Notes: generated from the sequence alone by a model not told the origin. Numbered from the stretch's first letter, positions 28,964 to 39,820 are shown. The stretch: 63,853 nucleotides of DNA from an uncultured Chryseobacterium sp. (GCA_964464935.1 CAYXKE010000002.1:42953-106805); one strand, 5' to 3'. Program-made: numbers and translations.

Positions 28964-29743
28964 CTATCCCAACGCACTGTTCAGCAGCCAGGCCAGGCGC
29001 ACGCCCGCTTTCTGCAACTGGATGGTGACCACGGGCCACTGGGCTTCCACATAGTCGGCGCCCAGTTCAACGCCGGGGCGGTCGGGGTAGATCACCGTGC
29101 GGAAGGCCATGCACTCATGCGCCCAATCCATCGGGGAGCCCTGCTGCCACGCGCGCTTCTGCTTCTTCGTCACGGCCCGCAACTGGTCGGCCAGAGCCGC
29201 TTCATCGGGCTGCCGCGCCTTGATCAGTTCGTCGTCCCACACGTGGTGCAGGTTGGTGCCTCGCCCTTTCCACCGCACCTGGAAGTCGTTGCCCCCCTTG
29301 TCCAGCCCATTGCCCACGTGCAGCGGCTGATGCAGGTCACCCACCATGTGCACCAGGCAGCGCACCGCGAAAGCCTTGCTGTTGGTGGATGCCGTGTCGC
29401 TCTTCAGCGTGGCCACCATGCGGCCGATGGCCTCCACGATGTCGCCCTCGGGTTTGTGGTCGATCTGATCGTAGGTCAAGCCATCGGGGATGGTGACCCA
29501 GTGCCAGGTGGTGGTGAAGCGGTACTTCGGTTCCTTGCGCGCCCGGTCCATCCACGGGGCCACCTCCACCATGGATGGGCCGTTGAGCAACTCCGCCACG
29601 GCCGCTTTGGCCTTGGGGGTGAGATGGGCATCGGCGATGCGGGCCACCACGCGATGGCCGGCCGCGCTCCAGGCATGGGCGGACAGCCCGAGCAGCAGGG
29701 TCATCGACCCGGCCAGCACGGTCCGTGCGCAGTGCAGCGTCAT
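28964..29743 (-). CDS. S1/P1 nuclease family protein (secreted)
   Basis: The signal peptide is followed by WSAAGHRVVA. This gives a mature N-terminal Trp plus a GH motif, as in S1/P1 nucleases. WHWV, HMVGDLHQPLH and GGN blocks are also present. Confidence 0.85.
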   Translation of the reverse strand: MTLHCARTVLAGSMTLLLGLSAHAWSAAGHRVVARIADAHLTPKAKAAVAELLNGPSMVEVAPWMDRARKEPKYRFTTTWHWVTIPDGLTYDQIDHKPEGDIVEAIGRMVATLKSDTASTNSKAFAVRCLVHMVGDLHQPLHVGNGLDKGGNDFQVRWKGRGTNLHHVWDDELIKARQPDEAALADQLRAVTKKQKRAWQQGSPMDWAHECMAFRTVIYPDRPGVELGADYVEAQWPVVTIQLQKAGVRLAWLLNSALG

Positions 29744-29751
29744 GGGCCGCC

Positions 29752-30996
29752 TCAGATAGCGGCCACCTTGTCGGCCTTGTAGGCGCCCGCCTCCAGCTTG
29801 GTGCGCACCTGTTTGAACGCCTCGATCGTGAGCCGCACATCTTCCAGGGAGTGCACGGCCGTGGGGATCAGGCGCAGCAGGATCACGTCCTTCGGCACCA
29901 CGGGGTACACCACGATGCTGCAGAAGATGCCGTGGTTCTCGCGCAGGTCGAGCACCACGTTGGTGGCCTCGGGGATGCTGCCGTGCATGTACACGGGCGT
30001 GACGCAGCTGTTGGTGTGGCCGATGTCGAAACCGGCCTCGCGCAGGCCGCTCTGCAGCGCGTGCGTGATGGTCCAGAGCTTCTCGGAGAGCTCGGGCATG
30101 GTGCGGATCATCTCCAGCCGCTTGAGGGCGCCGATCACGATGGGCAGGGGCAGGCTCTTGGCGAAGGTCTGGCTGCGCATGTTGTAGCGCAGGTACATGA
30201 TCACATCCTCGGGGCCGCTGATGAAGGCGCCGATGGTGGCCATGGCCTTGGCGAAGGTGCCGAAGTAGATGTCGATGCCGTCCTGCACGCCCTGGGCGTC
30301 GCCGGTGCCCCGGCCATTGCGCCCCATCATGCCGAAGCCGTGGGCATCATCGACCAGCAGGCGGAAGTTGTACCGGGGCTTCAGGGCCACGATCTCCTTG
30401 AGCCGGCCTTGGTCGCCGGCCATGCCGAACACACCCTCGGTCATCACCAGGATGCCGCCGCCGGTCTGCTCGGTGACCTTGCGGGCGTGCTCCAGTTGCT
30501 TCTCCAAGCTCTCCATGTCGTTGTGCTTGAACACGAAGCGCTTGCCGCTGTGAAGCCGGGCGCCGTCCACCATGCAGGCGTGGCACTCACTGTCGTACAC
30601 CAGCACGTCATGACGCGAAAGCAGGGCGTCGATCGCGCTCATGCAGCCTTGGTAGCCGAAGTTCAGCAGGAAGGTGTCCTCCTTGCCCATGAATTCGCTC
30701 AGGGCGTCCTCCAACTGCTCGTGGTACTTGGTCTGGCCGCTCATCATGCGGGCGCCCATGGGATAGGCCATGCCCCATTCGGCAGCGGCCTCGGCGTCGG
30801 CCTTCCGCACCTCGGGGTGGTTGGCCAGGCCCAGGTAGTTGTTGAGGCTCCACACCAGCACGGGCTTGCCCCGGAAGATCATGTGGGCCCCCAGGTCGCC
30901 CTCGAGCTTGGGGAAGGAGAAGTAGCCGTGGCTGTCCTTGGCGTGGCGGCCGATGGGGCCGAGGTCCTTGCGGATCTTGTCGAAGATGTCGTTCAT
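29752..30996 (-). CDS. alpha-oxoamine synthase family PLP enzyme (KBL/BioF/serine-palmitoyltransferase-like)
   Basis: The 414-aa protein has the blocks SLNNYLGLANHPEV, DDAHGFG and GTFAKAMA (PLP lysine context). Substrate cannot be assigned from sequence alone. Confidence 0.82.
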   Translation of the reverse strand: MNDIFDKIRKDLGPIGRHAKDSHGYFSFPKLEGDLGAHMIFRGKPVLVWSLNNYLGLANHPEVRKADAEAAAEWGMAYPMGARMMSGQTKYHEQLEDALSEFMGKEDTFLLNFGYQGCMSAIDALLSRHDVLVYDSECHACMVDGARLHSGKRFVFKHNDMESLEKQLEHARKVTEQTGGGILVMTEGVFGMAGDQGRLKEIVALKPRYNFRLLVDDAHGFGMMGRNGRGTGDAQGVQDGIDIYFGTFAKAMATIGAFISGPEDVIMYLRYNMRSQTFAKSLPLPIVIGALKRLEMIRTMPELSEKLWTITHALQSGLREAGFDIGHTNSCVTPVYMHGSIPEATNVVLDLRENHGIFCSIVVYPVVPKDVILLRLIPTAVHSLEDVRLTIEAFKQVRTKLEAGAYKADKVAAI

Positions 30997-31146
30997 GGCG
31001 TGCGCCGTTGGTGAGCGGGCCGGGATATCAGGGATACGGGTCCCCGGCCCGCCGGCAAAAGTAGCTCGCGCTCCGGATCGATGGGTTCCGTGCGGGGGAG
31101 CGTGCGTTCCTACCGCCGCGCCTTACCTTCGCGCCCGTTCGGCTCC

Positions 31147-31950
31147 ATGCGATACCTCCTGGCCCTTTCCTGTACGCTCCTGCTCGTGGCCGGATGCAGC
31201 GAGTTCCAGAAGGCGCAAAAAAGCAGCGACCGTGAGTACAAGGCCCAGGTGGCCGAGAAGTACTATGCCGCTGAGAAGTACGAACGGGCCATCCCCCTGC
31301 TGGAGGAATTGATCGTGCTGTGCCGCGGCGGTGATTGCAGTGAGCGCATGAACTACCTGCACGCCATGGCCTACTTCCGTACGAAGGACTACATCATGGC
31401 GGGCTACTACCTGGCGAACTTCACCCGCACCTTCCCCAAGAGCCAGTACGCCGAGGAATGCGCCTTCCTGAGCGCCTACTGCCACTACCGCAACTCGCCC
31501 GCCTGGCCGTTGGACCAGGAGGAGACGCGTCAGGCCATCGACCAGCTGCAGCTCTTCATGGTGCGCTACCCCCGCACGGAACTGCGCGACAGCTGCAACA
31601 CGCTCATCGACCAGCTGCGGGGCAAGCTGGAGCGCAAGGCTTATGAGGCGGCCAGGCAGTACTACAACATGCGCAACTACCAGGCGGCGGGGGTGGCGTT
31701 CCGCAGCTTCGTGCGCGACTGGCCCAACTCGGCCTACCGCGAAGAGGCCCTGCTGCTCACCCTGCAGGCCGATCACCAGCTCGCCATGCAGAGCGTGGAG
31801 GAGAAACGCGCTGAGCGTGTGGCCGAAGCGATCCGCAGTTATCATAATTTCGCGGACGCTTTCCCGGAAAGCCGGCAAATGCCCCTGGCCGACCGGATCT
31901 TGAAGGAACTCAACTCCGCCGCCACCGCCGCGGCGCCCAAAGCACCATGA
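31147..31950 (+). CDS. bamD: outer membrane protein assembly factor BamD
   Basis: Start at MRYLLALSCTLLLVAGC (lipobox). The body is TPR-like and contains YAEECAFLSAYCHY. It lies in the conserved position upstream of rpoZ-coaBC. Confidence 0.83.
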   Translation: MRYLLALSCTLLLVAGCSEFQKAQKSSDREYKAQVAEKYYAAEKYERAIPLLEELIVLCRGGDCSERMNYLHAMAYFRTKDYIMAGYYLANFTRTFPKSQYAEECAFLSAYCHYRNSPAWPLDQEETRQAIDQLQLFMVRYPRTELRDSCNTLIDQLRGKLERKAYEAARQYYNMRNYQAAGVAFRSFVRDWPNSAYREEALLLTLQADHQLAMQSVEEKRAERVAEAIRSYHNFADAFPESRQMPLADRILKELNSAATAAAPKAP

Positions 31951-32288
31951 GCAACAACCTGAGCAAGGTGGCCCGGACCACCGTTACGCGCGACCTTCCC
32001 GAGCTGGACAAGGAGACCGGGAACATCTATGAGAGCATCGCCATCCTCGGCAAGCGCGCGGACCAGATCAGCCTGAAGATCAAAGAGGAGCTCAGTGCCA
32101 AGCTGGAGGAGTTCGCCAATTCCGGAGAGAACCTGGAAGAGGTCTACGAGAACCGGGAGCAGATCGAGCTGAGCAAGCACTACGAGCGCATGCCCAAGCC
32201 CGGGGCCCTGGCCATCCAGGAGCTGATCGAGGGCAAGGTGTACTGGCGCAGCGCCGAGGAGGGGGAAGCTTCCTCGACCGAAGCCTGA
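31947..32288 (+). CDS. rpoZ: DNA-directed RNA polymerase subunit omega (Bacteroidota type)
   Basis: The 113-aa protein contains NIYESIAILGKRADQI. Its ATG overlaps the bamD stop (ATGA at 31947-31950). The synteny with coaBC is conserved. Confidence 0.72.
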   Translation: MSNNLSKVARTTVTRDLPELDKETGNIYESIAILGKRADQISLKIKEELSAKLEEFANSGENLEEVYENREQIELSKHYERMPKPGALAIQELIEGKVYWRSAEEGEASSTEA

Positions 32289-32292
32289 GGCC

Positions 32293-33531
32293 ATGGACCC
32301 GGCCGCCACGTTCCACCGCAAGGTCATCGTGGGTATCAGTGGCGGTATTGCGGCCTATAAATCGGCCCATCTGGTGCGCAGCTTGGTGAAGGCCGGTGCG
32401 CAGGTGCAGGTGGTGATGACACCTGCCGCCCATGATTTCGTGACCCCGCTCACCCTCTCCACCCTCAGCGGACGCCCCGTGCTTACGCAGCTGTTCGCGC
32501 GTGATGGCACCGGCCAGTGGACGGACCACGTGCACCTGGCCCGCTGGGCCGATGCCATGGTGGTGGCCCCCGCAACCGCCAATACCATCGCCAAGATGGC
32601 CCACGGCATCTGCGACGACCTGCTGATGGCCTGTGTGCTCAGCCTCGATGGGGGCCGGCATGGACCGGCCACCCCGCTCTACGTGGCCCCCGCCATGGAC
32701 CTGGAGATGTACCACGACCCCGCCACGCAGGCCAACCTGCTCACGTTGCGGGAGCGCGGCGTGCGCATCATCGGCCCGGAGCACGGCGCCTTGGCCAGCG
32801 GTCTGACCGGTGAAGGGCGCATGACCGAGCCTGATGCGATCATTGAGGCGATGCACACTGACCTATTGAGCAACAGTAGGTTGATGGGCAAGACCGTGCT
32901 GGTCACCGCCGGGGGGACCCAGGAGGCGATCGACCCCGTACGGTACATCGGCAACCGGTCCACCGGCAAGATGGGATTCGCCATTGCCGAGGAGGCTGCG
33001 GCCCGGGGCGCGCGGGTGGAACTCGTATGCGGGCCGGTGGAACTGACGACCGACCGGCCGGGCATCGTGCGCACGAATGTGGTCTCGGCTGCGGAGATGG
33101 CCGCTGCCTGTGGGGATATCGCCCCCCGGGCCGATGTGGTGGTGATGTGTGCCGCCGTGGCCGATTTCCGTCCCAAGGCGGCGGCCGGCGAGAAGATCAA
33201 GAAGGAGCAGGGGCCGCCCGTGATCGAGCTGGAACCCACGGAGGACATCCTGGCGGGGCTGGGTGCCCGGAAGCGCCCGGGGCAGGTGGTGGTGGGCTTC
33301 GCCTTGGAGACCGCCAACGCACTGGCCCATGCCCAGGCCAAGCTGGCCCGCAAGAAGGTCGACCTGCTGGTGCTGAACACCACGGCCGATGCGGGCGCGG
33401 GCTTCGGGTACGACACCAACCGCGTGACCCTGCTGGCACCGGGCAAGGATCCCCTGCCGCTGCCGTTGATGCCCAAGACCGAAGTGGCCCGGGCGCTCCT
33501 GGACCGGATCGAAGAACTTTGTGCACCATGA
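32293..33531 (+). CDS. coaBC: bifunctional phosphopantothenoylcysteine decarboxylase / phosphopantothenate-cysteine ligase
   Basis: KVIVGISGGIAAYKSAHLVRSLVKAGAQVQVVMT is the flavoprotein domain. The CoaB domain follows (VLVTAGGTQEAIDPVRYIGNRSTGKMG). Confidence 0.93.
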   Translation: MDPAATFHRKVIVGISGGIAAYKSAHLVRSLVKAGAQVQVVMTPAAHDFVTPLTLSTLSGRPVLTQLFARDGTGQWTDHVHLARWADAMVVAPATANTIAKMAHGICDDLLMACVLSLDGGRHGPATPLYVAPAMDLEMYHDPATQANLLTLRERGVRIIGPEHGALASGLTGEGRMTEPDAIIEAMHTDLLSNSRLMGKTVLVTAGGTQEAIDPVRYIGNRSTGKMGFAIAEEAAARGARVELVCGPVELTTDRPGIVRTNVVSAAEMAAACGDIAPRADVVVMCAAVADFRPKAAAGEKIKKEQGPPVIELEPTEDILAGLGARKRPGQVVVGFALETANALAHAQAKLARKKVDLLVLNTTADAGAGFGYDTNRVTLLAPGKDPLPLPLMPKTEVARALLDRIEELCAP

Positions 33532-34430
33532 TGCGACGGACATTTACCTTCATGCTGCTGGTGCTCGGGGCCCTCGGGCTGCGGGCCCAGGAGTTCAACT
33601 GCCAGGTGAGCGTGATCGCACCGCAGATCGCCAACGCCCAGCCCCGGCTCTTCCAGTCGCTGGAGAACGCCATCAAGGAGTTCTATCAGAGCCGTCGGTT
33701 CACCAACCTGAATTTCGCCCCGCACGAGCGCATCGAGTTGAACATGCTCTTCACGGTGACCAACATGCCGAGCATGGAGAGCTTCGAGGGCACCCTGCAG
33801 GTGATCTACGCACGCCCCGTGTACGGCACCGATTACACCAGCCCGATCCTGGACATCGTGGACAACCAGGTGCAGTTCAACTTCCTGGAGAACACCCAGA
33901 TCGAGTTCACCCCGGACCGCCACTTGAACAATCTCTCGGCGATCCTGGGCTTCTACGCCTACTTCATCCTGGGCCTGGACGGCGACACGTTCTCCCCGCT
34001 GGGCGGCACCGACTTCTACAACCTGGCCCAACAGGTGGTGAACAACGCCCAAGGTGCCGGCGAGACCGGCTGGAAGGCCTATGAAGGCGAGCGCAACCGC
34101 TACTGGCTGATCGACAACCAGATGCAGGCCGTGTTCCGGCCGTTCCGTGAGCTGCTGTACACGTACCACCGGGAGGGGATGGACGTGATGACCGAGGACG
34201 TGGTCGCCGCGCGCAAGACCATTGCGCAGGGCATCGAGCGGCTGAAGTCCGTGCACCAGGCCAAGCCGTCGAGCTACAATCTGCAGGTGTTCTTCAATGC
34301 CAAGTACCAGGAGTTGGTGGACATCTTCAAGGCGGCCGAGCCGCAGGAGAAGTCGAAGCTCTTCAACACCCTGCAGATCATCGATCCGGGGCACATCAAC
34401 CAGTACCAGAACATGATGCGGGGCAGCTGA
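33528..34430 (+). CDS. DUF4835 family protein
   Basis: Start at MMRRTFTFMLLVLGALGLRAQEFNCQV overlaps the coaBC stop (ATGA). This is the conserved family that follows coaBC in Bacteroidota. Confidence 0.8.
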   Translation: MMRRTFTFMLLVLGALGLRAQEFNCQVSVIAPQIANAQPRLFQSLENAIKEFYQSRRFTNLNFAPHERIELNMLFTVTNMPSMESFEGTLQVIYARPVYGTDYTSPILDIVDNQVQFNFLENTQIEFTPDRHLNNLSAILGFYAYFILGLDGDTFSPLGGTDFYNLAQQVVNNAQGAGETGWKAYEGERNRYWLIDNQMQAVFRPFRELLYTYHREGMDVMTEDVVAARKTIAQGIERLKSVHQAKPSSYNLQVFFNAKYQELVDIFKAAEPQEKSKLFNTLQIIDPGHINQYQNMMRGS

Positions 34431-34443
34431 GCCCACGGCCGAG

Positions 34444-34761
34444 GTGATGGAGGAGGAGCGGAGGACGACGTGGTGGCAGCGATTGGGCGCACGCTGGGGG
34501 GTGAGCACCGGGCGGGTGTTCGTGATCCTGCTGGTGTTCGCCTGCACCGGGACCACGGTGATGGTCCTGAAGCGCCCCGTGATCGGCTGGTTCGTGGGCG
34601 ACGGCCCGCAGCCGCTGCTCTTCACCGTGCTGTACTACATCCTGATCCTGCCGGTGTACAACGCCATCCTGCTTCTCTACGGCACGCTGTTCGGCCAGTT
34701 CCGGTTCTTCTGGGAGTTCGAGAAGCGGTTCTTCGCCCGCCTCTTTGGCCGGCGCCGTTGA
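34444..34761 (+). CDS. small conserved membrane protein (DUF6787-like)
   Basis: The 105-aa protein has two TM helices and the conserved end LFGQFRFFWEFEKRFF. Proteins of this family are often mislabelled as diacylglyceryl transferase. Confidence 0.72.
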   Translation: MMEEERRTTWWQRLGARWGVSTGRVFVILLVFACTGTTVMVLKRPVIGWFVGDGPQPLLFTVLYYILILPVYNAILLLYGTLFGQFRFFWEFEKRFFARLFGRRR

Positions 34762-35820
34762 TCACTTTCCAGCGCTCGCCAGCCGGTCGGGGCCCATGGC
34801 CTCCGTCTGGTACACCATCGCCGTGCAGGGCAGTCCGTTCTTGAAGTAGAAGACGTCGCCCCACTTGTGCACCACACGGCGGTACTCGTTCCGCACCCCG
34901 TTGGTCTCCAAGGTCACGATCGTCACCACTTTTGACGGTTCCACCACGAGCTCTTCGTGGCGGTTCACCACCATCTCGATCGGGTCCTCGGGCGGGCGCA
35001 CCTCCTGGCCCGAATGGGCCACTGCCGGCGCTATGGGCGAGGTCTCCTGTCCCATGCCGGGTCCGATGCGGCGGCGCTCCTCTGCTCCGCTCACCGGCTT
35101 GGCCACCTTCCCTGCGGCACGCGCCTCAAGGGGCGGCGGCGGAGGTGTCTTCACCGGGGCCGGCTTCGGCTTCACCGGGGCCGGCTGGGGGGTGGGCGGC
35201 GGCGGCGGCGGAGGAGGAGGAGGAGGAGGAGGAGGAGTGGCCTTGGCCTGCACCTCCGGTTCAGGCTTCGGCTTTTTCTCCTGCGCCGCCCGTTTGGCAC
35301 TGCGCGCTTCCTCCTTCTGCTTCTTCTCCACGGCGGCCAGCACTTCCTGCAGTCGCGACTGGATCGAGCGCGTGTAGTCCGTGTCGTAGTCGAAGTCGCG
35401 CTGCGAAGGCTCGTAGCGGATCACGCCCACCGGTTGATTGAAGACCACGATGTTGATGTCATCGTACTGCTTGAACAGCGACACGCCGTAGTCGAACTGC
35501 GAGAACGGACCGGCCATCGCCTCGGCCGGCACGTGCGTGTTGAACGAGAGCTTCTTGCTCACGTAGCCGTCCTTCTCGAAGGAGACGATGTAGTTGCTGT
35601 TCAGCTCCAGATCGAGCGTGAACTTGTTGAGGCCGGTGGTGATGGTCCGTTCCTTCCGACCGTCCTTGTAGACCACGGCCCGCGCGCCGCTGAGGTCGCC
35701 GCCTTCGATCTTCAACTTGCCGCTCACGGTGAAGCGGGACTGTGCGCCAACGGACATGGCCAACGCCAGCGCCAGCACCATGAGCACGGTGCGCCAGGCG
35801 ACGTCGTAACGATCTTCCAT
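34762..35820 (-). CDS. secreted or anchored protein with a carboxypeptidase-regulatory-like N-domain and a long proline-rich linker
   Basis: Start at MEDRYDVAWRTVLMVLALALAMSVGAQS. The N-domain reads FTVSGKLKIEGGDLSGARAVVYKDG. The central tract is PPPPPPPPPPPPPPTPQPAPVKPKPAPVKTPPPPP. The upstream 185 codons of the listed ORF are not protein-like. Confidence 0.7.
   Translation of the reverse strand: MEDRYDVAWRTVLMVLALALAMSVGAQSRFTVSGKLKIEGGDLSGARAVVYKDGRKERTITTGLNKFTLDLELNSNYIVSFEKDGYVSKKLSFNTHVPAEAMAGPFSQFDYGVSLFKQYDDINIVVFNQPVGVIRYEPSQRDFDYDTDYTRSIQSRLQEVLAAVEKKQKEEARSAKRAAQEKKPKPEPEVQAKATPPPPPPPPPPPPPPTPQPAPVKPKPAPVKTPPPPPLEARAAGKVAKPVSGAEERRRIGPGMGQETSPIAPAVAHSGQEVRPPEDPIEMVVNRHEELVVEPSKVVTIVTLETNGVRNEYRRVVHKWGDVFYFKNGLPCTAMVYQTEAMGPDRLASAGK
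35195..35237. repeat. perfect trinucleotide repeat (GGC)n(GGA)n encoding the poly-proline run
   Basis: ggcggcggcggcggc followed by about nine gga units lies inside the CDS 34762..35820. It is flanked by a near-tandem duplication of ttcaccggggccggct, which encodes the PAPVKP units. Confidence 0.85.
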
Positions 35821-35880
35821 GGGTGAGGGTGGTGGAACTTGTGCGGCCTCTGTACGTAGCAACCGCCGTTGGAGTTGCTC

Positions 35881-36315
35881 ATGATGAACATCCACTTCGC
35901 CGTGATCCTGCTCATGGGGGCCCTTGCCGCCGACCAGGACCCTCCCGCCCAAACCCGCCGCATGCGGGTCGATGTGCAGGACCGTATCGTGGTGGACCAC
36001 TTCGAGGCCCAGGTGCGCGTGGGGCAGGACCGCATCGCCGTGCAGGCCCTGGACCCCGGCACACTGATGTTCGATCCCGAGCGGGGCGTGGTCTCTGTGC
36101 GTTGTCGGGATGGCGTGCGCTGTGCCGAGCGCGAATCGTTCCGTGATGGGATCCTGCGCCGCAGCAGCACGTACGCACTGCCGGTCGACCCGGACGACCC
36201 CACCGGAGGAACCCTGCTGGGCAGCTTTCGGGAGCTGCTCCTTCCCCCCGCGCAGGACACCGTTCGTCACCCCGATGTAACCCTGGTGGGGCTGCCACGT
36301 ATTCTCACTCCATGA
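35881..36315 (+). CDS. hypothetical secreted protein (about 144 aa)
   Basis: MMNIHFAVILLMGALAADQ looks like a signal peptide. The stop overlaps the ATG of the next gene (ATGA at 36312-36315). No family recognised. Confidence 0.5.
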   Translation: MMNIHFAVILLMGALAADQDPPAQTRRMRVDVQDRIVVDHFEAQVRVGQDRIAVQALDPGTLMFDPERGVVSVRCRDGVRCAERESFRDGILRRSSTYALPVDPDDPTGGTLLGSFRELLLPPAQDTVRHPDVTLVGLPRILTP

Positions 36316-36857
36316 GAACGACCCTGACGCCCATTCTCGCGGCCCTGTTCCTGGCCTCGCCCTTCGGCGGGGCAATGGCGCAGGAGGACCTCACCGCCGC
36401 CACGCCGGCCGACATCGAGGCGGTGTTCCAAGCGGGAGAGCGCGCCTACCGCACCGGCGACCATACCGCGGCCATCAGCCTGTACTCCCAGGTGCTGGAC
36501 CGCGACCCCGACCACCTGAACGCTTACCTCCACCGCGGCTTCTGCCACGAGCTGGTGAAGGACCATGCCGCAGCCGTATCCGACCTCACCGCCGTGCTGC
36601 AGCGCGAACCGGGCCACAAGTGGGCCTTCATCACCCGGGCGGCCGCCTACACCCGCCTGGGGCAGCCGGAGCGGGCACTGCAGGACCTCGAGGCCGCACT
36701 GGCCATCGACCCCAACGACCAGGAGGCGTACAACAACCGCGGCTGGGCCCACAAAGCCATGGGCGAAATGGAGGCCGCATGCAACGACTGGCGCACGAGC
36801 CAGCGCCTGGGAAACAGCGAGGCCCGGATCATCCTTTCGAACAATCGGTGCAAATGA
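36312..36857 (+). CDS. tetratricopeptide repeat protein (secreted)
   Basis: A signal peptide is followed by TPR units (AISLYSQVLDRDPDHLNAYLHRGFC, AYNNRGWAHKAMGEMEAACNDW). Confidence 0.8.
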   Translation: MRTTLTPILAALFLASPFGGAMAQEDLTAATPADIEAVFQAGERAYRTGDHTAAISLYSQVLDRDPDHLNAYLHRGFCHELVKDHAAAVSDLTAVLQREPGHKWAFITRAAAYTRLGQPERALQDLEAALAIDPNDQEAYNNRGWAHKAMGEMEAACNDWRTSQRLGNSEARIILSNNRCK

Positions 36858-37270
36858 GCATGAAGTCCACCCATACCCTCATGATCGTTCTCTTCGCCGC
36901 CCTTGCCGGGCGGGCCACGGCCCAGGACATGGGCTCTGCTGAATGCCTGGTGAAGGTGGGCAGCAAGTGGGGAACAACCTGCGACGCCTGTGAGTACTAC
37001 CGCGATGGCTACAAGCGCGATTTCAGTGGCACCTTCCGCATCGAACTGCGGAACGAGTGCCGGGAAATGGTGGAGGTGAAGCTCGCCGTGGAGGAGAAGG
37101 ACGGCAACTGGCGCACCTTCCCCGTACGCACCATCGACCCCGGAGCATCCGTGGAGGGGTTCGCATGCCATGGAACGGGGCGTTATCTCTACTGGGTGCG
37201 CAAGCTCAACGACACAGAGATCATCCTGCCCACGGACCAGGAGATCATTACGGAGTACCGCTCCCGATAA
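36854..37270 (+). CDS. hypothetical secreted Cys-containing protein (about 138 aa)
   Basis: Start at MSMKSTHTLMIVLFAALAGRATAQ overlaps the TPR gene stop (ATGA at 36854-36857). The mature part has five Cys. No family recognised. Confidence 0.6.
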   Translation: MSMKSTHTLMIVLFAALAGRATAQDMGSAECLVKVGSKWGTTCDACEYYRDGYKRDFSGTFRIELRNECREMVEVKLAVEEKDGNWRTFPVRTIDPGASVEGFACHGTGRYLYWVRKLNDTEIILPTDQEIITEYRSR

Positions 37271-37325
37271 GGGCCTTGGGCCCGTGGAGCGGCAGGCTCG
37301 GCAGGGGGATCAACATTCCCCTGTT

Positions 37326-37339
37326 CATGCACGTGCATG
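37326..37339. promoter_or_regulatory. perfect 14-bp palindrome CATGCACGTGCATG upstream of the DUF1987 gene (candidate operator)
   Basis: The exact reverse-complement symmetry was read directly. It lies 56 nt upstream of the ATG at 37395 in a 124-bp intergenic spacer. Confidence 0.3.
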
Positions 37340-37394
37340 CGGCACGGGCACATCGTGCGTTCGGGGTGCGAACTTTGTTCCATCCCGTAGCAGG

Positions 37395-37787
37395 ATGAGC
37401 GCCAAACGCTTCCAGATCGATCGGACCGAGACCTCGCCACAAGTGGTGCTGGACCTGGACCAGGGGGTGATGGAGATCGTGGGCCGTTCCCTGCCCCCCA
37501 ACTCCGAGCAGTTCTATTCGCGGGTGCACCGCTGGCTGGCAGAATACCTGCGTGAGCCGCGGCACGAGACCACCGTGAACATGCGGTTGGACTACCTGGA
37601 CACCAGCTCCAGCAAGCACCTCTACAACATCTTCCGCCAGTTGAACACCGTGCAGGAGGATGGCCGCCGCGTGCAGGTGAACTGGCACTACGAAGCCGGC
37701 GACGAGGAAATGGCGGAGACCGGCAAGGACTACCAGAGCTTCTTCAACCTGGAGTTCCGCTTCATCGAGGTGCCCGAGCTGTTCTGA
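37395..37787 (+). CDS. DUF1987 domain-containing protein (SiaC-like)
   Basis: The protein begins MSAKRFQIDRTETSPQVVLD and continues with GVMEIVGRSLPPNSEQFY, then RLDYLDTSSSKHLYNIF. It ends in NWHYEAGDEEMAETGKDY. Size is 130 aa and the blocks are typical of DUF1987. Confidence 0.78.
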   Translation: MSAKRFQIDRTETSPQVVLDLDQGVMEIVGRSLPPNSEQFYSRVHRWLAEYLREPRHETTVNMRLDYLDTSSSKHLYNIFRQLNTVQEDGRRVQVNWHYEAGDEEMAETGKDYQSFFNLEFRFIEVPELF

Positions 37788-37806
37788 CGCCCGGGACTTT
37801 TCTCCA

Positions 37807-39726
<1,920 letters not shown>

Positions 39727-39820
39727 GGCAGGCCGAATTTACCGTTGCGGGCGATCGGAACGGGTCCAAATGCAACGGTCCGGCTGCTGGGCCGGGCCGT
39801 TGCCAGTGGCGGTGGGGCGA

